A stretch of DNA of 64,000 nt from Octopus vulgaris (GCA_951406725.2 OX597815.1:88040001-88104000); one strand, 5' to 3'. Positions 12,697 through 26,874 are shown, counted from the stretch's first letter. Numbers and translations: made by a program. Notes: generated from the letters alone by a model not told the origin.

Positions 12697-13150
12697 TCAA
12701 TCATTGGGTATGACACCTTCCTGTGTAACTTGATTAACTAGTCAGGTGGTAATCATGTATCCTACCCCACCAGATATTTTGAGCATCTTTGCAACCATCA
12801 CTGATGGACCTGCAGCTTTTCCTATCTTGTTTTTAATTGCTTTATCTACTATACTGCTGTCAACTTAAATTGCTGGTCTCTCTCTCTCTCTCTTTGTAAG
12901 GTCAGTATAAGGTCACCCCTCTTTATCCTATGTATTCTTCACATTCAGCAGCCTCCCATAATAGCACTTCCATGCCACTTTCTTGCTTTCCATATCTACG
13001 GTGAATATACCTTCATCATTCTGAATACACTTCTCACAAATACCTTGGTTCTCTCTCACATAGTCTTGCAATACTGATCACTTCATGCAACTGATCCTCA
13101 AATTGTTGAATATGTACGAATCTCTTGATAAATCTTTCACCAGCAAATGC
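12697..13150 (-). pseudogene. RTE LINE ORF remnant (region upstream of and into the RT N-terminus)
   Basis: Reverse strand gives EKCIQNDEG...AWKCYYGRLLNV and KAIKNKIGKAAGPSVMVAKMLKISG...EGVIPND, typical of RTE-clade ORFs. Confidence 0.75.
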
Positions 13151-15584
13151 ATAGTATGCACTGGTCCAAACCCTGGTAGTACCTTGAAAAAAAAAAACCC
13201 AAAATGCTAAAACATTAGCTGTATTAAGATACCATTACCACCTGCCTCACTTTATTAGAGGCAAGGTGTGACAAAAAGACCTATGAGAAACTTTTCTGCT
13301 GCACACTGTTAATAGATGGATATGTATATATAATTGCATATATGCACTCCCTTCCCCCTCTCTCTCTCTCAATAACCAATTTTCTTTCTTGAAGGCTATT
13401 TCCTAAACACAGTGAACTAAGCTATGTCACTTCTATTTTACAAGTTAAAGGTGTTTTTTTTTTTTCTTCAGTTAATGTCATTCTACATTTCAAATTCAAT
13501 TTATTTTATGTGATTTGTTTTCTTTTCTTCTTTGATCTTCTAAAACTGCAAACTGTTCAGGATTGGTTTAAAGAAGACTAAGTCTTTATTTCTTCAAAAA
13601 GTGTTTGTATAGAAACAAAAATGACACTATAACCAGGTAGAAGAAATATTAGCAAAACTCCCAAAAGAACATTGCCTCAAATCTTTCTAACAAAAGGATT
13701 TGTTGCTCCAGTTTATTTGTGTTAAATGTTGTTTTATAGGATGTTTGAAGAGTTTATGGGAAAATATTAGCAGAAAGTAATTAAGCTTGAATAACATCAA
13801 TTATCAACTGTATAGCTATTTTATGTAGCTGAAGGGCTGTGAGATAAATATTGATAGATTCCATTTTCTATACTTTATAACTGAAATGTGTGACAAAAGG
13901 ATTGTAAAATAATTATCATCACATGACCAATGCATTAAACACTTTACACTAAGCAGAAGTAATGAGTAAAAACCATGTAGAATAAACTATTGGTTTGTTG
14001 GTCTTGCTTGATAATCCCAGCTTAATTATTTCTTTAACTAACGCTTCTTTTATATGGGAGAGGATTAATTTTTTTAAAATACTCCTAATGGTATTGTGAG
14101 TGTTGCAAAAAAAAACAAAAAAAAAACAGATTCTCTATTCTTGAAGTTTTCAAAAGTAAACACATGATGTGCACCAGTAACTAAAAACAGTAAAACATTA
14201 GCTACATAAAGGTACTATTTTCACATTAACAGCAGAGTATGGCAATAAAATTATAGGAAGTTTATGTGTTGCACACCCTGTATAGATAAATAAATACAAT
14301 ACACTTTTTTCCACATCTTAGGAAATGTCATAACCAATAGTGGAGGAGCGGGGAGCAGAATTGCTGATGTATGGATTTATTATTTTTTTTATTTAATTTT
14401 CAAGCAAATTACATAGCAGTCAGAACTGCTAATGAACTGAAGGTAATTTATATGAATACTATATAATTAAGAAGTGAGCAAGAATCTAGATCAAGAGTTA
14501 TAGACATTAAACAAAATACTTTGTGTGCGTTAAGTGTAATATTTCATAATGTACACAAGCTAATCATACTACAATTCTGTTATTTTACATCTGTATGAGA
14601 AGAGGAAATGCTTGATCTAAAAACTCACATGAACATGGCACTTGTGACAAGGAAGTAGGTTACTGAATCATGAATTTTGGGCAGAACACTATGCCAATGT
14701 TTATAATGTTGTTCTTTTAAGCTATTTTGGAAGTACATTTTTTTAAAGCTGCAATAATTAACTATGGAAGAGTACTATAAAGAATAACGTTATTTTTGAG
14801 TATCTCTCAGCTCTGGTTCTGCAGACCTTGACATAAGTAATAGCACACAAGGAATTAAAATGAGTTTGTTTAAGGAGGTTTTTCTGTAGCATCTAAGTTG
14901 TGCAAAATATATAGAAGCTCTTTCATTGACTCAGTACTGTATGGAAAAAAGAATATAATCACTAAAATTCAAGGAGACTTTTGGCATTTTGTTTTTCAAG
15001 GATTACTATAGTGAAAGCCTAAAATACATGTAATGTATTTTGTTCTAAACAGAAAACCTTGTTTTGTTCCATAGTAAGATATAAAACATCAGTGTGGTGT
15101 ATTCAATATAGCTGGAGATATAAAGTATTATTGAACTCTCAGTTCATCAGTTTCAAAATGCAAATCTACTGCATGCATTTCATTCTGTAAATAAACTGTG
15201 CAGTGATAATGCTCTTAATTTTGATTATATCAGTTCACCTAGCTGTCATGGATAGTAACTAGAAACCGAGAAATGTTATGAAAGAGACTGACATCCTATC
15301 CAGGAGGATATTCATTTACAAAACAATGAAGTCATAGTTAAGTACTGATCTTCAATGGTTCATTAGAGTTTTATATCATCATCAGCAGTTCACTATAATT
15401 TTCACTTTTGTTGGACATGATCACAGATGTGCCACATATTCCATTCTATCATCAGTGACCTAAGTTCATCGGTAGCTATGGTACCATTGTCTTCCTTCAG
15501 AGTCTAGGTTTTGGAAGAACACCCATCAGACAGTCTGATGAAGGTTAGCTGGCCAAAACTTTGATGTGTTAAAAAAGGACAGAA

Positions 15585-15745
15585 TTGCATGCATCTGGTA
15601 AGTAGCAACTCCACCATGATAACACACCTGCCCGTTCATTGCAGCTTGTGCAGTAGGTTTTGGCCAAGCACAACATTCCCCAGGTCCAACAATCACCATA
15701 ATCCCCAGATTTCAGTTTGTGATGTTTTCCTCTTTCCAAAAATCA
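15585..15745 (+). pseudogene. mariner transposase remnant (catalytic region)
   Basis: QLHHDNTPARS...SP*SPDF..CDVFLFPK matches mariner HHDNAPAH / YSPDLAPCDFFLFPK. Confidence 0.8.
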
Positions 15746-15754
15746 GTTCACCAG

Positions 15755-17275
15755 GGTTTGGCTCTCAGTTCCCTCTTATTCATCATAGTTCTCCAGGATA
15801 TTACAAAGAAATTTAAGACTGGCTTCCCCTGGGATCTAGTATTTGCTGATGACTTTGCTCTTATAGCAGAATTCAAAAAGGATTACTAGGTATGGAAGCA
15901 AAACTTAGTTTCAAAGAGCCTTAAAGTTAACAAGAAAGCAGATAAGGTTTTAAAAGGAATTCCATTCACTGCACCCAGTGCAAGTGATGGACTCATAAAA
16001 AGTGCAGTAAGGTTATCAGAGAAAGTCTTTGTATATGGCAGATGCACAGGAACAGTAGACACTAAGGACATTTGAAAATGAGATTTTCTCAAATGCCCAG
16101 GAGGCTCCCTAGAGGTTGTAGATGACCACATTAGAAGCAGAAGAGGATGTTCTGAAAGTGTAGTTACTGGAATAAGAATAGGATGGAGCAAGTTCAGAGA
16201 ATTATTACCTCTAGTGGCAACAAAAGACTTTTCTTCACAGAGTGAAGGGAAGATTCTATGATGCTTGTGTACAAACAGCTATGCTCCATGTTAGTGAGAC
16301 ATAGGCCCTGAATGTAGAGGAAAACTGGCCTGAAGAGGAATGAAGCTTGTATTGGCCAATGGATGTGCATCATCAGTGTCTGTGTACAGCAAAGTGCAAA
16401 TATGTTGAGAAAAGTTTGGTGTATGTGGAATCAGATGTAGCATGCAAAAGAGAAGACAACCATAGTTTAGTCATTTGATGCATATGAAAGAGGACAGGTG
16501 TATAAAGAAGTGCTGATCATTTAAAATGGATGGAATCTGTAGAAGAGGTATTGAATGAAGAAGTATGGAGCTGATCTCAAGATGTTGAGTATCATGGAGG
16601 AGATGACTAGAAATAAGAGATTCTTGAGATGACCTACTCACCTCAACAAAACTAAGTTCTGGAAGTACTGTGCATTGTGTTCACCTACACATTACATTAA
16701 TTCACCTCACTCCAGTGAATCAAACTACACTTCATGCACTACACTTGCATCTCCCCACCTGCTCCTGCAGCCAAACATTGCTTTGTCATCTTTTTCTCCT
16801 GTCCTCCTCCTGCCAACTGTATCATTGCTATCCTGTTTTCCCCTTATATACTTTTGTTCACCACTCACTACCTTCCCTTTCTCTTCCTCTTCCTCCCATT
16901 CTTCTTTGCACTTGTGAACTTGCTCATTCACCCTGGCACATCTCCATCATTCTCTCTCTCTCTCTCTCTCTCTCTAGGGTAGCCATATATCTACTCTACA
17001 GCAAGACATCTGTTTGTGTTCCTCTGTCATAATTTAACTCCTCATAACCTGGCACAAAGCCTCCTCCCTTAGTATCACTCTCCCTCTCAGTTAGGGGTCT
17101 TTGTCTTGCAAGTTACTTGATGACTTCACTAGTGCTGATGCCAAGTAAAATGCACCCAGTACATTTTGTAAAGCAGTTGGCATTAGGAAGGGCATCCAGC
17201 TGTAGAAGCCATACCAAAGTAGACATTGAAGCTTGGTGTCATCCTCTGACTTACAGCTCCTGGAATTTTCAGGAA
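15755..17275 (+). mobile_element. 5'-truncated, decayed RTE LINE (RT to 3' UTR)
   Basis: ALSSLLFIIVLQDITKKFKTGFPWDLVFADDFALIAE (FADD at ~15843), later conserved RTE C-terminal blocks, 3' block TTAGGAAGGGCATCCAGCTGTAGAA at ~17183. Confidence 0.85.
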
Positions 17276-17652
17276 TCTTTGGTTCCAAAGCCTTTCTGGA
17301 TTATTGATTTTTCTGAGCCAGGAGTGGCCACCATAGTCAACATGTTCTAAATTAATCAAATATTGAATTTCCTTAAGCATTTAAATGGAATACAGGTACT
17401 TGTACATTAGCATAATTGATACAACTTTATTAATACTGTACTGTGCTAGCTATCATTAAACTACTTGGGTGGCTGTGTCAATTTGAAGTTCCTGCTTGTA
17501 AATTAGTGCAGATTATAAGACCATCTGGAAAGTTGGTGTTAATTTTACTCATTTATTTGAACTAATTATATATATATTAGATAATAAATCTTATGGTTTA
17601 CAAGCATGTTCACTTTCACAGTATTCATTGTGTATTTGGTTACATCTATGCA

Positions 17653-17700
<48 letters not shown>

Positions 17701-18520
17701 CATAAATGTCGCCTACTAAGAAGATTTTAACTTTGCCACTGATCTGATAGCATAATGAAAGTGTAACACTCCAGAATGTAAAATAATATCTAAATATCTT
17801 GTATACCCTAAAAGGCATTAAGGAGTTAGTTTTATACTATTAAGTGGCTGAGAAATCCTTCCTGTTTGTGACACTTGTCTTTTTTAAGTTGGCCCTTTTC
17901 TTTTAAAGACAAAGTGGATGCTAATCCTCTCTCCATCTATATTAATTTTGATCTTTTTCAAGGTTCAGTCACTTCTTTGCCTTAGAAAAAGAAGAAAGAA
18001 ACAAGGAATCAAGAATGATTACTAAATCTTTTGTAGGAATGTGACCATAATGTTTCTCTTTTCCTCCTCCTCTCCCTTATGCACACAGAGGTTTCCTATG
18101 AGTTGGGGGTAAAGCTTCCAGAATTGACAAATTTTCGGATTGTTTTCCTTTTCTAAAATCATAATACCAGCGCAATGATGAATGAATGCATAGATGTAAC
18201 TTGAGATGATATTAAAATTAATAGATTTAGTATTGCAATTGTTATCTTGCATCTGTCTAATAAGCTGAGTGACATTCAGTGTGTAAGATCAGGCAGAAAT
18301 GTCATCGGGTACCATGTTTAGTGTATTAGGAAGTCAAAAGTTGTTAATATTCTCCTTACTTATTGGGTGGGACTGAGGAAACAATTGATAAGTTATGTAC
18401 TTACATATGCAGCAGTACATACAAATCAGTACTTGAGTGTGTTATGCACATACATACATCTGTACATGTGTGTATTATGTTGCTTTAACTAGTATTTTAT
18501 AACTCATCTGTAACAATACA

Positions 18521-18681
18521 GGCGCAGGCATGGCTGTATGGTAAGAATCTTGCTTGCCAACCATATAGCTCCAGGTCCACTCCCACTGCATGGCACCTTG
18601 GGCATGTGTCTTCTACTATAGCTTGGGCTGACCAAAGCTTTGTGAGTGGATTTGGTAGACAGAAACTGAAAGAAGCCTGTC

Positions 18682-18715
<34 letters not shown>

Positions 18716-18920
18716 CTTTGTGTCTGTGTTTGTCCCATCGTCACTGCTTGATAACTGATGTTGGTATGTTTACATCCCTGTAGCTTAGTGTAACTTAGAG
18801 ACCGATAGAATAAGTACTAGGCTTAAAATGAAAAAAGTCTTGGAGTCAATTTGTTCTACTAAAACCCTCCAAGGTGTTGCCCAGCATGGCCACAGTCAAA
18901 TTACTGGAACAAGTAAAAGA
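18521..18920 (+). mobile_element. SINE family A, older full-length copy
   Basis: Colinear with 8616-9035, with many CpG>TpG/CpA changes. Confidence 0.9.
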
Positions 18921-19190
18921 ATAATTATGTAATGAATTTGGGGGTTTATTTTTTAACTAGACATTGGGCCCTTTATAAGGGATTATTGTTGGTGAAATTG
19001 ACCTTAGCTAATTACTGATTTTTACTTTGTTGGCCCTCCTTCCCCCGTTAGGAATTAGGACTTAAATTGTGAACCATCAAATGTGATATACTGTAAAGCA
19101 TCCAAAACAACTCTTTACCACTGACTCCACTAGTCCTACAATATTTCATTAAGTTAATGTTGATCTGTTTCAGTGATGCAAAGCCAGTTC

Positions 19191-19237
<47 letters not shown>

Positions 19238-19835
19238 GATTGTTAATCCCTTATTACCATCGCCACCATTTCAGTGTTACTTATTTATACAACCACTTGG
19301 GTGGAATGAAAAACAAAGATAATCCAATAGAATTTGAACCTAAAAATATAAGGCATTGTGCTAAATACTATAAAAGCCTCCAATTTAGTACTACTTTACC
19401 AGTTAAAATACCAAAAAGCATATTTTATGTATTCCATTGAAATTTAGTTTGGCAGCTACATGTATTTTCATTTTAGATTAAGGCAAATAAAAACAACAAT
19501 TATTGTCTTATTAACCTACATTCAAACCAATTTATAGCTGTTTGACCCTATTTTTTTCTCACTCTCTTTTATTTTGTTTATTGCTCCTTACATCATTTTA
19601 TAATCTTTGTTTCCTGTCTCATTTTAACCCTTGTTTCTTTAAATATTACACTAAATACCTATTTATAGTATTTTCATTTCCATGTAGACATCTCATATAA
19701 TTATTATGTATGTATGTAAGAAAAGGAGAAAGTCTTTATTTCCATCTGACTATGTGAATGTGTGTGTACATCAATACATCATTGGGTGTAATAGATAGTT
19801 CTCAATATGCTGAAGTAAGATTAAAATATTGTAGT

Positions 19836-20053
19836 TTAATTCTTTAGCATTCACATTACTCTGTCAAATGTAATGCTTATTTGTTCACATTGTTTTGAAT
19901 TAATCTCATAGCTTTAAGATCTTGATGATATGATTAGGTATTGTGAGAATGACATTGTAGGGTAGGCATCAGAGGTCAGATCTGGTCACTTGGACATAAA
20001 AAACAGGTAGAATATTTGGGCTGGATATGGCTGTTTAAATGCTAAAAAGTTAA
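19836..20053. mobile_element. TTAA-flanked MITE, inverted relative to the 5743 copy
   Basis: Reverse-complement homology to 5743-5970; TTAA at both ends. Confidence 0.75.
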
Positions 20054-20101
20054 CAAACAGCAAGGATATACCTACACTGAATACACCAGAAACTTTAATA
20101 T

Positions 20102-21730
20102 TATCATCATCATCATCATCATCGTCATTTAACCATGCTGGCATGGGTTGGATGGTTTGACTAAGTGCTGGTGAGCCAGAAGGCTGCACCAGGACCCAAT
20201 GTGATCTGACAAAATTTCTACAGCTGGATGCCCTTCCAAATGCCAACCACTCCAAGAGTATAGTGGGTGCTTTTTACATGCCACCGGCACGAGGGCCAGT
20301 CAGGCAGTACTGGCATCGACCATGCTCAAATGGAGCTTTTGACATGCCACTGGTACAGGAGCCAGTCAAGCGGCACTGGTGACAACTACACTCATGGTGT
20401 TTTTTTACTTGCCACCAGCACAGGAGCCAGCCAGGCGACACTGACAACAATCACACTCAAATGGTGCTTTATTACATACCACAGGCATGGGAGCCAGTCA
20501 GGTGGCACTGGCAATGATCACAAATGGTGCTTTTAATATGCTACTGTCGGTACTGTCATCGGCCACGACAACGATTTCACTTGCCTCAACAGGTCTTCGC
20601 AAACACAGTTTATTGCCTAATAGCACATCTCCAAAGGTCTCAGTTACTTGTCATTGCCTCATTGAGGCCCAATGTTCAAAGGTTGTGCTTCACCACCTCA
20701 TCCCAGGTCTTCCTAGGTCTACTTTTTCCACAGGCTCCCTCTACTGCTAGGGTGTGATACTTTTTCACACAGCTGTCCTTATCCATTCACAACACATGAC
20801 CATACCAGCGCAGTCATCTCTCTTGCACACTACATCTGATGCTTCTTAAGTTCAACTTTTCTCTCAGGGCGCTTACACTTTGTTGTGTATGCATACTGAC
20901 ATTACACATCTAGCAGAGCATAATGGCTTCATTCCTTGCAAGCTTACACATGTCCTCAGCAGTCATGGCCCATGTTTCACTGCCATATAGCATGGTTGTT
21001 CTCACACGTGTCATACAGTCTACCTTTTACTCTGAGTGAGAGGCCCTTTGTCTCTAGCAGAGGTAGGAGCTCTCTGAACTTTGCCTAGGCTATTTTTATT
21101 CTATCAGCTACACTTTCAGAGCATCTACCCCTGCTACTGACTTGGTCACATAGGTAATGGAATTTATCAACTACTTGTAGTTTTTTTCTCCTGGAATGTG
21201 ACAGAAGCTGTTTTCTGCACATTTTCAGTGTTTATTGCTCCTGAGCATTTGCCACACACAAAAACTATCTTCCCATTTAGCCTTTCTTTGATATTGCTGT
21301 ACCTCTTATGTATCCATAGCTTATACTGGGTACATTTAATGGAGTTTCTACCCACACTTTTTCTACAGCTCGAGTAGGGCTATCTACCTGAAGGGATTCA
21401 TGGTTTGTCTGCCTTCCTACTTATTAAGTCTTTGTTTTAGCTAGGTTAACTCTAAGGCTCTTTGATTCTAGACCTTACTTCCACACTTAAAACTTCTTTA
21501 GATCTGATAGTGACTCAGCTATTAGAGCAAGGTCATCAGTATAGATAAGCTCCCAGTGGCATCCTGTCATGAATTCCTCTGTTATTGCCTGGAGGATTAT
21601 GATGAATAAGAGGGGGCTGGGGACTGATAACTTGGTAGACCCCTACCTGGAATTTTTCACTGTACCTGTTGCCAACCCTCACCATACTGACAGCATCCCT
21701 TTACATGGCTTGTATAGCTCTCACTAATCA
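20102..21730 (-). mobile_element. 5'-truncated RTE LINE with RT remnant, Cys/His-rich insert, 3' UTR minisatellite and (GAT)n tail
   Basis: Reverse strand SPLLFIIILQAITEEFMTGCHWELIYTDDLALIAES; ORF 21167-21355 (NSIKCTQYKLWIHKR...VCGKC); ~60-bp repeats at 20265-20545; (CAT)n at 20103-20128. Confidence 0.9.
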
Positions 21731-22234
21731 TATAAGAGGAGATAAAGCATATAACGACATTATTGTTTTCTTTGACCAAAAGTGTTTTTTTTTATTTCAT
21801 TATGGGCAATGAAAGAGCGAGTTAAGTTAATTTTTGGATGTCATATGTAGTAAAAAAAAAAGCAAGTTGTTTACTGCATTATGGTTGTGAGCTTCTCTTA
21901 GGCAAAACACTTAACTCTACATCTTTCATTTTACTTAACAAGTGAATATGTTTGGTCTTCTGATAAAATTTACTTGTGATATTATCCAGAGAGAGTTTTA
22001 CCTCTCATTTGTTAAAACACTGTAGAAAACAGTTAAGAATGGACCTTTTAACTCTTGTGTTTATAAAAGCATTTCTGATATTCCTTGTGCTTCTTATTTT
22101 ATTGATCTAGTAGGGACTAAAGGCAAAAATCAACTTCATTAAGGAGAAGGAATGAATATCATAAATATACATTTTGATTACTGATGATATTAACAAGCTA
22201 AGTATTATATAGTATTAATAAAACAAAAATTCTT

Positions 22235-22462
22235 TTAACTCTCCTGGTACCACCAACTTGAGCCTAGTTCTGGTTCTGTGATAGAAACTTCCTGATTTAA
22301 AGTAATCTACATTAAAACCTTCCATCAGAATTTTATATCAATTTATGTTCTAAATACCAGCTTAATAATGATAAAGATATTTTACTGATTACTTTTAATT
22401 TTAAAAATTGATTGAAATAAAGGTACTATATTTCAGAAAATATATGGTAACAAATGGGTTAA
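22235..22462. mobile_element. Second TTAA-flanked MITE family
   Basis: TTAA-CTCTCCTGGTACCA ... TGGTAACAAATGGG-TTAA imperfect TIRs. Confidence 0.55.
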
Positions 22463-24470
22463 GTTGAAAGTGCTTCTTGAGCAATGTAGATTCTACCGTC
22501 ACTTTTCTGTAGATTCATCCCTATTAACAAAATGTCAAAATATTTGCAGATTATTTTCAGTAATTCTGTGGAGTTATTAGGATTGTTTCAGTGCCTTCAG
22601 AACCAAAAACTTTTGTTGGGCAAGTGCTCTGCAAGTTTGATAATCATGGCAATAAGGAAAATCTCAACTACTGGGGAAATAATTGCCTGAAATGATATTG
22701 GTTACTTCTAATTAGAAGATGAAAATAGTCCACCAAAGGGTTTAAAGATTTCAGGAGAGTTTATTGTGAGTGGCGTAACTGAAAAAAAGAAAAACAAAAT
22801 ATATCGTTTTAGAAATTTATGAATAGTTTTTAATGAAAGGAAAACTTGAATAGAATTGATAAAACGTAAATTTTAGTATGAAATAGAATTTAAAGACATT
22901 GGAACAGTGGTAATTTTGACTAGTAAAATAATAGATGCCTGTTAGAATGAAAACATTGGCTTTTAAGTTTCAGCATGTGGGATGAATAGTGAAAGGCATG
23001 TAAATAAATTTAGTTACAGAAATAAATTTCTATTTTAAACACATAATTGGTAATGTACACATAGTGTATTTCTACTGTAATTTCTAAAATTAAGGCCTAA
23101 TTAAAATAAACGAGCATGTACACATATAAAATGAATGATAACAAAATTCAGTAGCATATGATAATAAAATTTACTGAGTATTGTAACAATAACAGTGAAC
23201 TTGGACATCTCTTTATAAAATAAATACTTAAACATTTTACTCATACAGTGTTTATAAGTAGTTCAAAAGATGTGAGTTAGAGAAGTAGTGTACAAGTGTA
23301 TGAGTAACAACGGATGTCTATGTGTTCTTATATTTTAATTCTGTTGTTTAACCTCCCAGGTCATCTCTGATCTAAGAGATTCACAGTCAAAAGCATTTCA
23401 CCCATGACAATCATGTTTTTCTTTTGAAACACTCTGTATCTGGCACTACATTAGTCAAAGTATCCTTCTTTTTAGATGGTAGAATGTGATTTGAGAGAAA
23501 TTTGGTTTAGTTTTTAGCATATCGCCAGCTCACTTGGAGAGCAGATATTTTATCCTCTATCCTGTTTATGCTAAGACTGATTTATTTTGATTAAACAGAC
23601 ACATTTGTGGAAGATAATAAATGAAATGTTAGGATATTTATGCTTTTCCAAGGGATCATTAACGATGTATAACTGAAATGAAATGGCTTCAGACAGTAGC
23701 AAAAAGTGTTTTTTCCATTACCCTTATTTTCTCTGTAAAAGCAAGTAATCTCCTCATCATACACACATTGCCTATGAATATTCATGTAATTCACAAAGGA
23801 AAGCCTCTTCTTTCTATTTGACATCTATTTTGTGTACTGACTCCAGTTTTGCCAAGGTTACTAGTGAATTATTTGCAAACTAGTGGGTATCATAAATTTG
23901 GGTTATCTTTAAACGGTTGCTGAAATATGAATGAATTCAAGTGATATTTGTGAATTTTTTTTGTCTGATGACCTATAACATTGTCTTAATTACTACTCCC
24001 AACTTTGTCATTTTTTTCCTTTTTCCACTTGTGACATCTAATCATCAACTTACCAGTTAATATCTTGCCCTAACAGGTTTCACTGTGTATCCACTTCTTG
24101 TGCTCTATCAGAGATGTTCCCAATGAGTTTGACTGTTTCCTCACTTCTAAATCTGAGTATACCTTTCTTCATCCAGTTGTTGTTTAACCTCAGAAACCAT
24201 AATGAAGTCGACCCTGTTGTGACAATCCCATCTTTTTGTATTGCCCAATGAATCTCTTCTCTTCTCTAAAGTGGTAGGCTGGTATTTGGCAATTTTTTCT
24301 AGCAAGCTGAATGATTACATGGCTGCTCAGTTATATATTTAAGTTCTGCTGCACTATGTTTCCATATCTACAGTGGCACACCTCCTTTAGTCATTGACAT
24401 TCTAAAGTGTGTTCAGAAGAAAGTTATTCATCTGATTTATAAATATTCACAGAGGTGTGTGTGTGTGTAT

Positions 24471-24760
24471 ACTTTTTACTTTTACTTTTTTACTTGTTTC
24501 AGTCATGTAACTGTGGGACGTAAACACACCAGCATTGGTTGTCAAGTAATGTTGGGGGGTGAGGACAAACACAGACACACAAACATACACACATGCACAT
24601 ATATATGATGGGCTTCTTTCAGTTTTCGTCTACCAAATCCACTCACAAAGCTTTGGTTGGCCCGAGGCTATAGTAGAAGACACTTGCCCAAGGTGCCATG
24701 CAGTGGGACTGAACCTGGAACCATGTGGTTCGTAAGCAAGCTACTTACCACACAGCCACT

Positions 24761-24763
<3 letters not shown>
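24471..24763 (-). mobile_element. SINE family A with an internal deletion in the 3' half
   Basis: Reverse complement of the 8616 copy; the GAGACCGATAGAATAAGTACT...GGTGCTCCAGC block is missing at ~24515. Confidence 0.85.
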
Positions 24764-24816
<53 letters not shown>

Positions 24817-26253
24817 TACACACACACACACATATGTATATTTATATTTGTGTGTAATTATTTCATTGATCTTTTCTTGATGCTTTACATTGTTACTGCT
24901 ATATAGCCTATTACCATATGTCTTTGATTATATTTGCCATCTTGTTTATGATCTGACTCTTCCTCCCATGTTTTCTTCAGTTTTCTTCTAACATCTCTAG
25001 ATTCCACAGTTCTCTTTATTACTCACTAGTAGTTTAATCTTTGCCATATTGACCTTAGATAATTCTTTCAGGTTTGGAACTTTTGTTTCAGCTTTTCAAC
25101 AGTTTCTGCAATGAGAACCAAATATTAAAGCCTTTATTGTTTAAGATATTTAAAAAGATATTAATCTGTCTCTTAATATGGAAAGATAGATTTAGTTGGA
25201 TGAATTGATGTACTATGTTGTTTGGAAGCTAACCACATTGTATCTTACTAAACTTTGACATCTTGTTAAAGATATAAGGCTCACTGTTGTAGTGTTGTTT
25301 TGTTTCTTTCTCTTTTCCATTTGGGTTCTTTCATTTAATAATAATATCATCAGTTGGATTTCTGTTACATATTTGTTCATGGATCACTGAATCGTAGTTT
25401 TTTTACAGCTTAGATTATTAGTTCACTTCACAACTTCCTTTCATTTAACGCTTTTGCTATAATGGAACATGCACTGGTGATTAATGTTTACGCCTTAATT
25501 AGGTTTATATCAAATCTGAAATCATGACCTTGTGGTTAATGGTTTAGCACCTTTATCTCATGGCCACTGTGCTAAGAAGCAGACTAAATTGATTTGTTTC
25601 ATAACCTACAGGTACAAGTTCAGAGTTTATCAAAGTTCTGACTTTTTATCCTGTTGGGGACTATTAAGACAAACAATAGTGGTGAGTTGTTAGAAACTGG
25701 ACTGTATCAAATGTTAGTGGTAAACAGAAAAATGTCCTACTAATAACCTGAGACAAATGCCTGTGTTAATCAGTTATCCAACAATGTGATACATTAAAAA
25801 CACTGATGATGGTCTTAATTGCCAGTTGACTCCAACTATATCCTTTCATCGAATAACGATGCATGCTATATTTTGTTTGAAAACAGTTTTAAGCTGAACT
25901 TAAAACCCAACAGGACTGTCTTGTTGGCAGTAAGAAGTACCTTGTCATAGCTCAACTATCCAATATCTCCCCCCCTCTCTCTCACCAACTGAGGTAGCCA
26001 TGTATTGTCTCTACAGCAAGGCACCTATTTCTGCCTCTCTATTCATGCCCTAACTTCTCATCACCTGGCACAAAGCCTCAATACTCCTGTTCAATTGAAG
26101 GGTCTTGTCTTGCAAGTTTCTTGGTGACCTCATTGCTGCTGATGCCACATAAAAAGTACCTATTGCACTCTGTAAAGTGGTTTATGTTAAGACAGTCAAA
26201 GCTGGAATGTCCTTGAACCATCGATTTACTCAGTTAAGACTAACTTGGAGCTA

Positions 26254-26428
26254 TGAAGGGGTGCTGTAAAGTTCCTAGCTAAAAGGGTATCGTGAAAAGC
26301 CTGGTTGGAGGCCCAACATTCCGAGTTCTTTTACAGAGCTTAGAAAAATCTTAGAAGAGAAATCATAATTAAATGATCCTCTTGTATTTTCTTCTACCTA
26401 AAGCCAGTAGCTTTTCAGCACCCCATCA
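26254..26428. mobile_element. mariner-type MITE
   Basis: TA | TGAAGGGGTGCTGTAAAGTTCCTAGCT ... AGCCAGTAGCTTTTCAGCACCCCATCA | TA: imperfect ~27-bp TIRs with TA TSD. Confidence 0.75.
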
Positions 26429-26842
26429 TAAACAGCAACATAGAAAATTCTTCCAAAGAGCTGTAATTGAATGATGGAAGATTTGGATAGGTGTTTCATT
26501 CTGAATGAGGTGAGACAAAGCAGTGATAAGAGGAGTGAGGGATGCATTGTATGGGCTTGGGAAGGGATGGTACTCATCTTGCTAGTTAAAAGGAGCAAGA
26601 GCTATTGTAATGGTAAAAGAGACAAGTGGAGGGTACAGCATGTTTGTAGATTAGTGTTTGTAGCATGTTGGTGAATAGAGGTTTGTAAACACTCAGTTAA
26701 CTTAGAAAAAAATAAAATAAAATAGAATGAGCATTTTAAATGTTTATGTCTTGTAAGGAGTTGGTAACTGATCTGCATTCAAGTACTGTTTGGTTACTGA
26801 ACCCTGGTTTGGTTTGGAGTGTACTATTTTGGACACACCACT

Positions 26843-26870
<28 letters not shown>

Positions 26871-26874
<4 letters not shown>

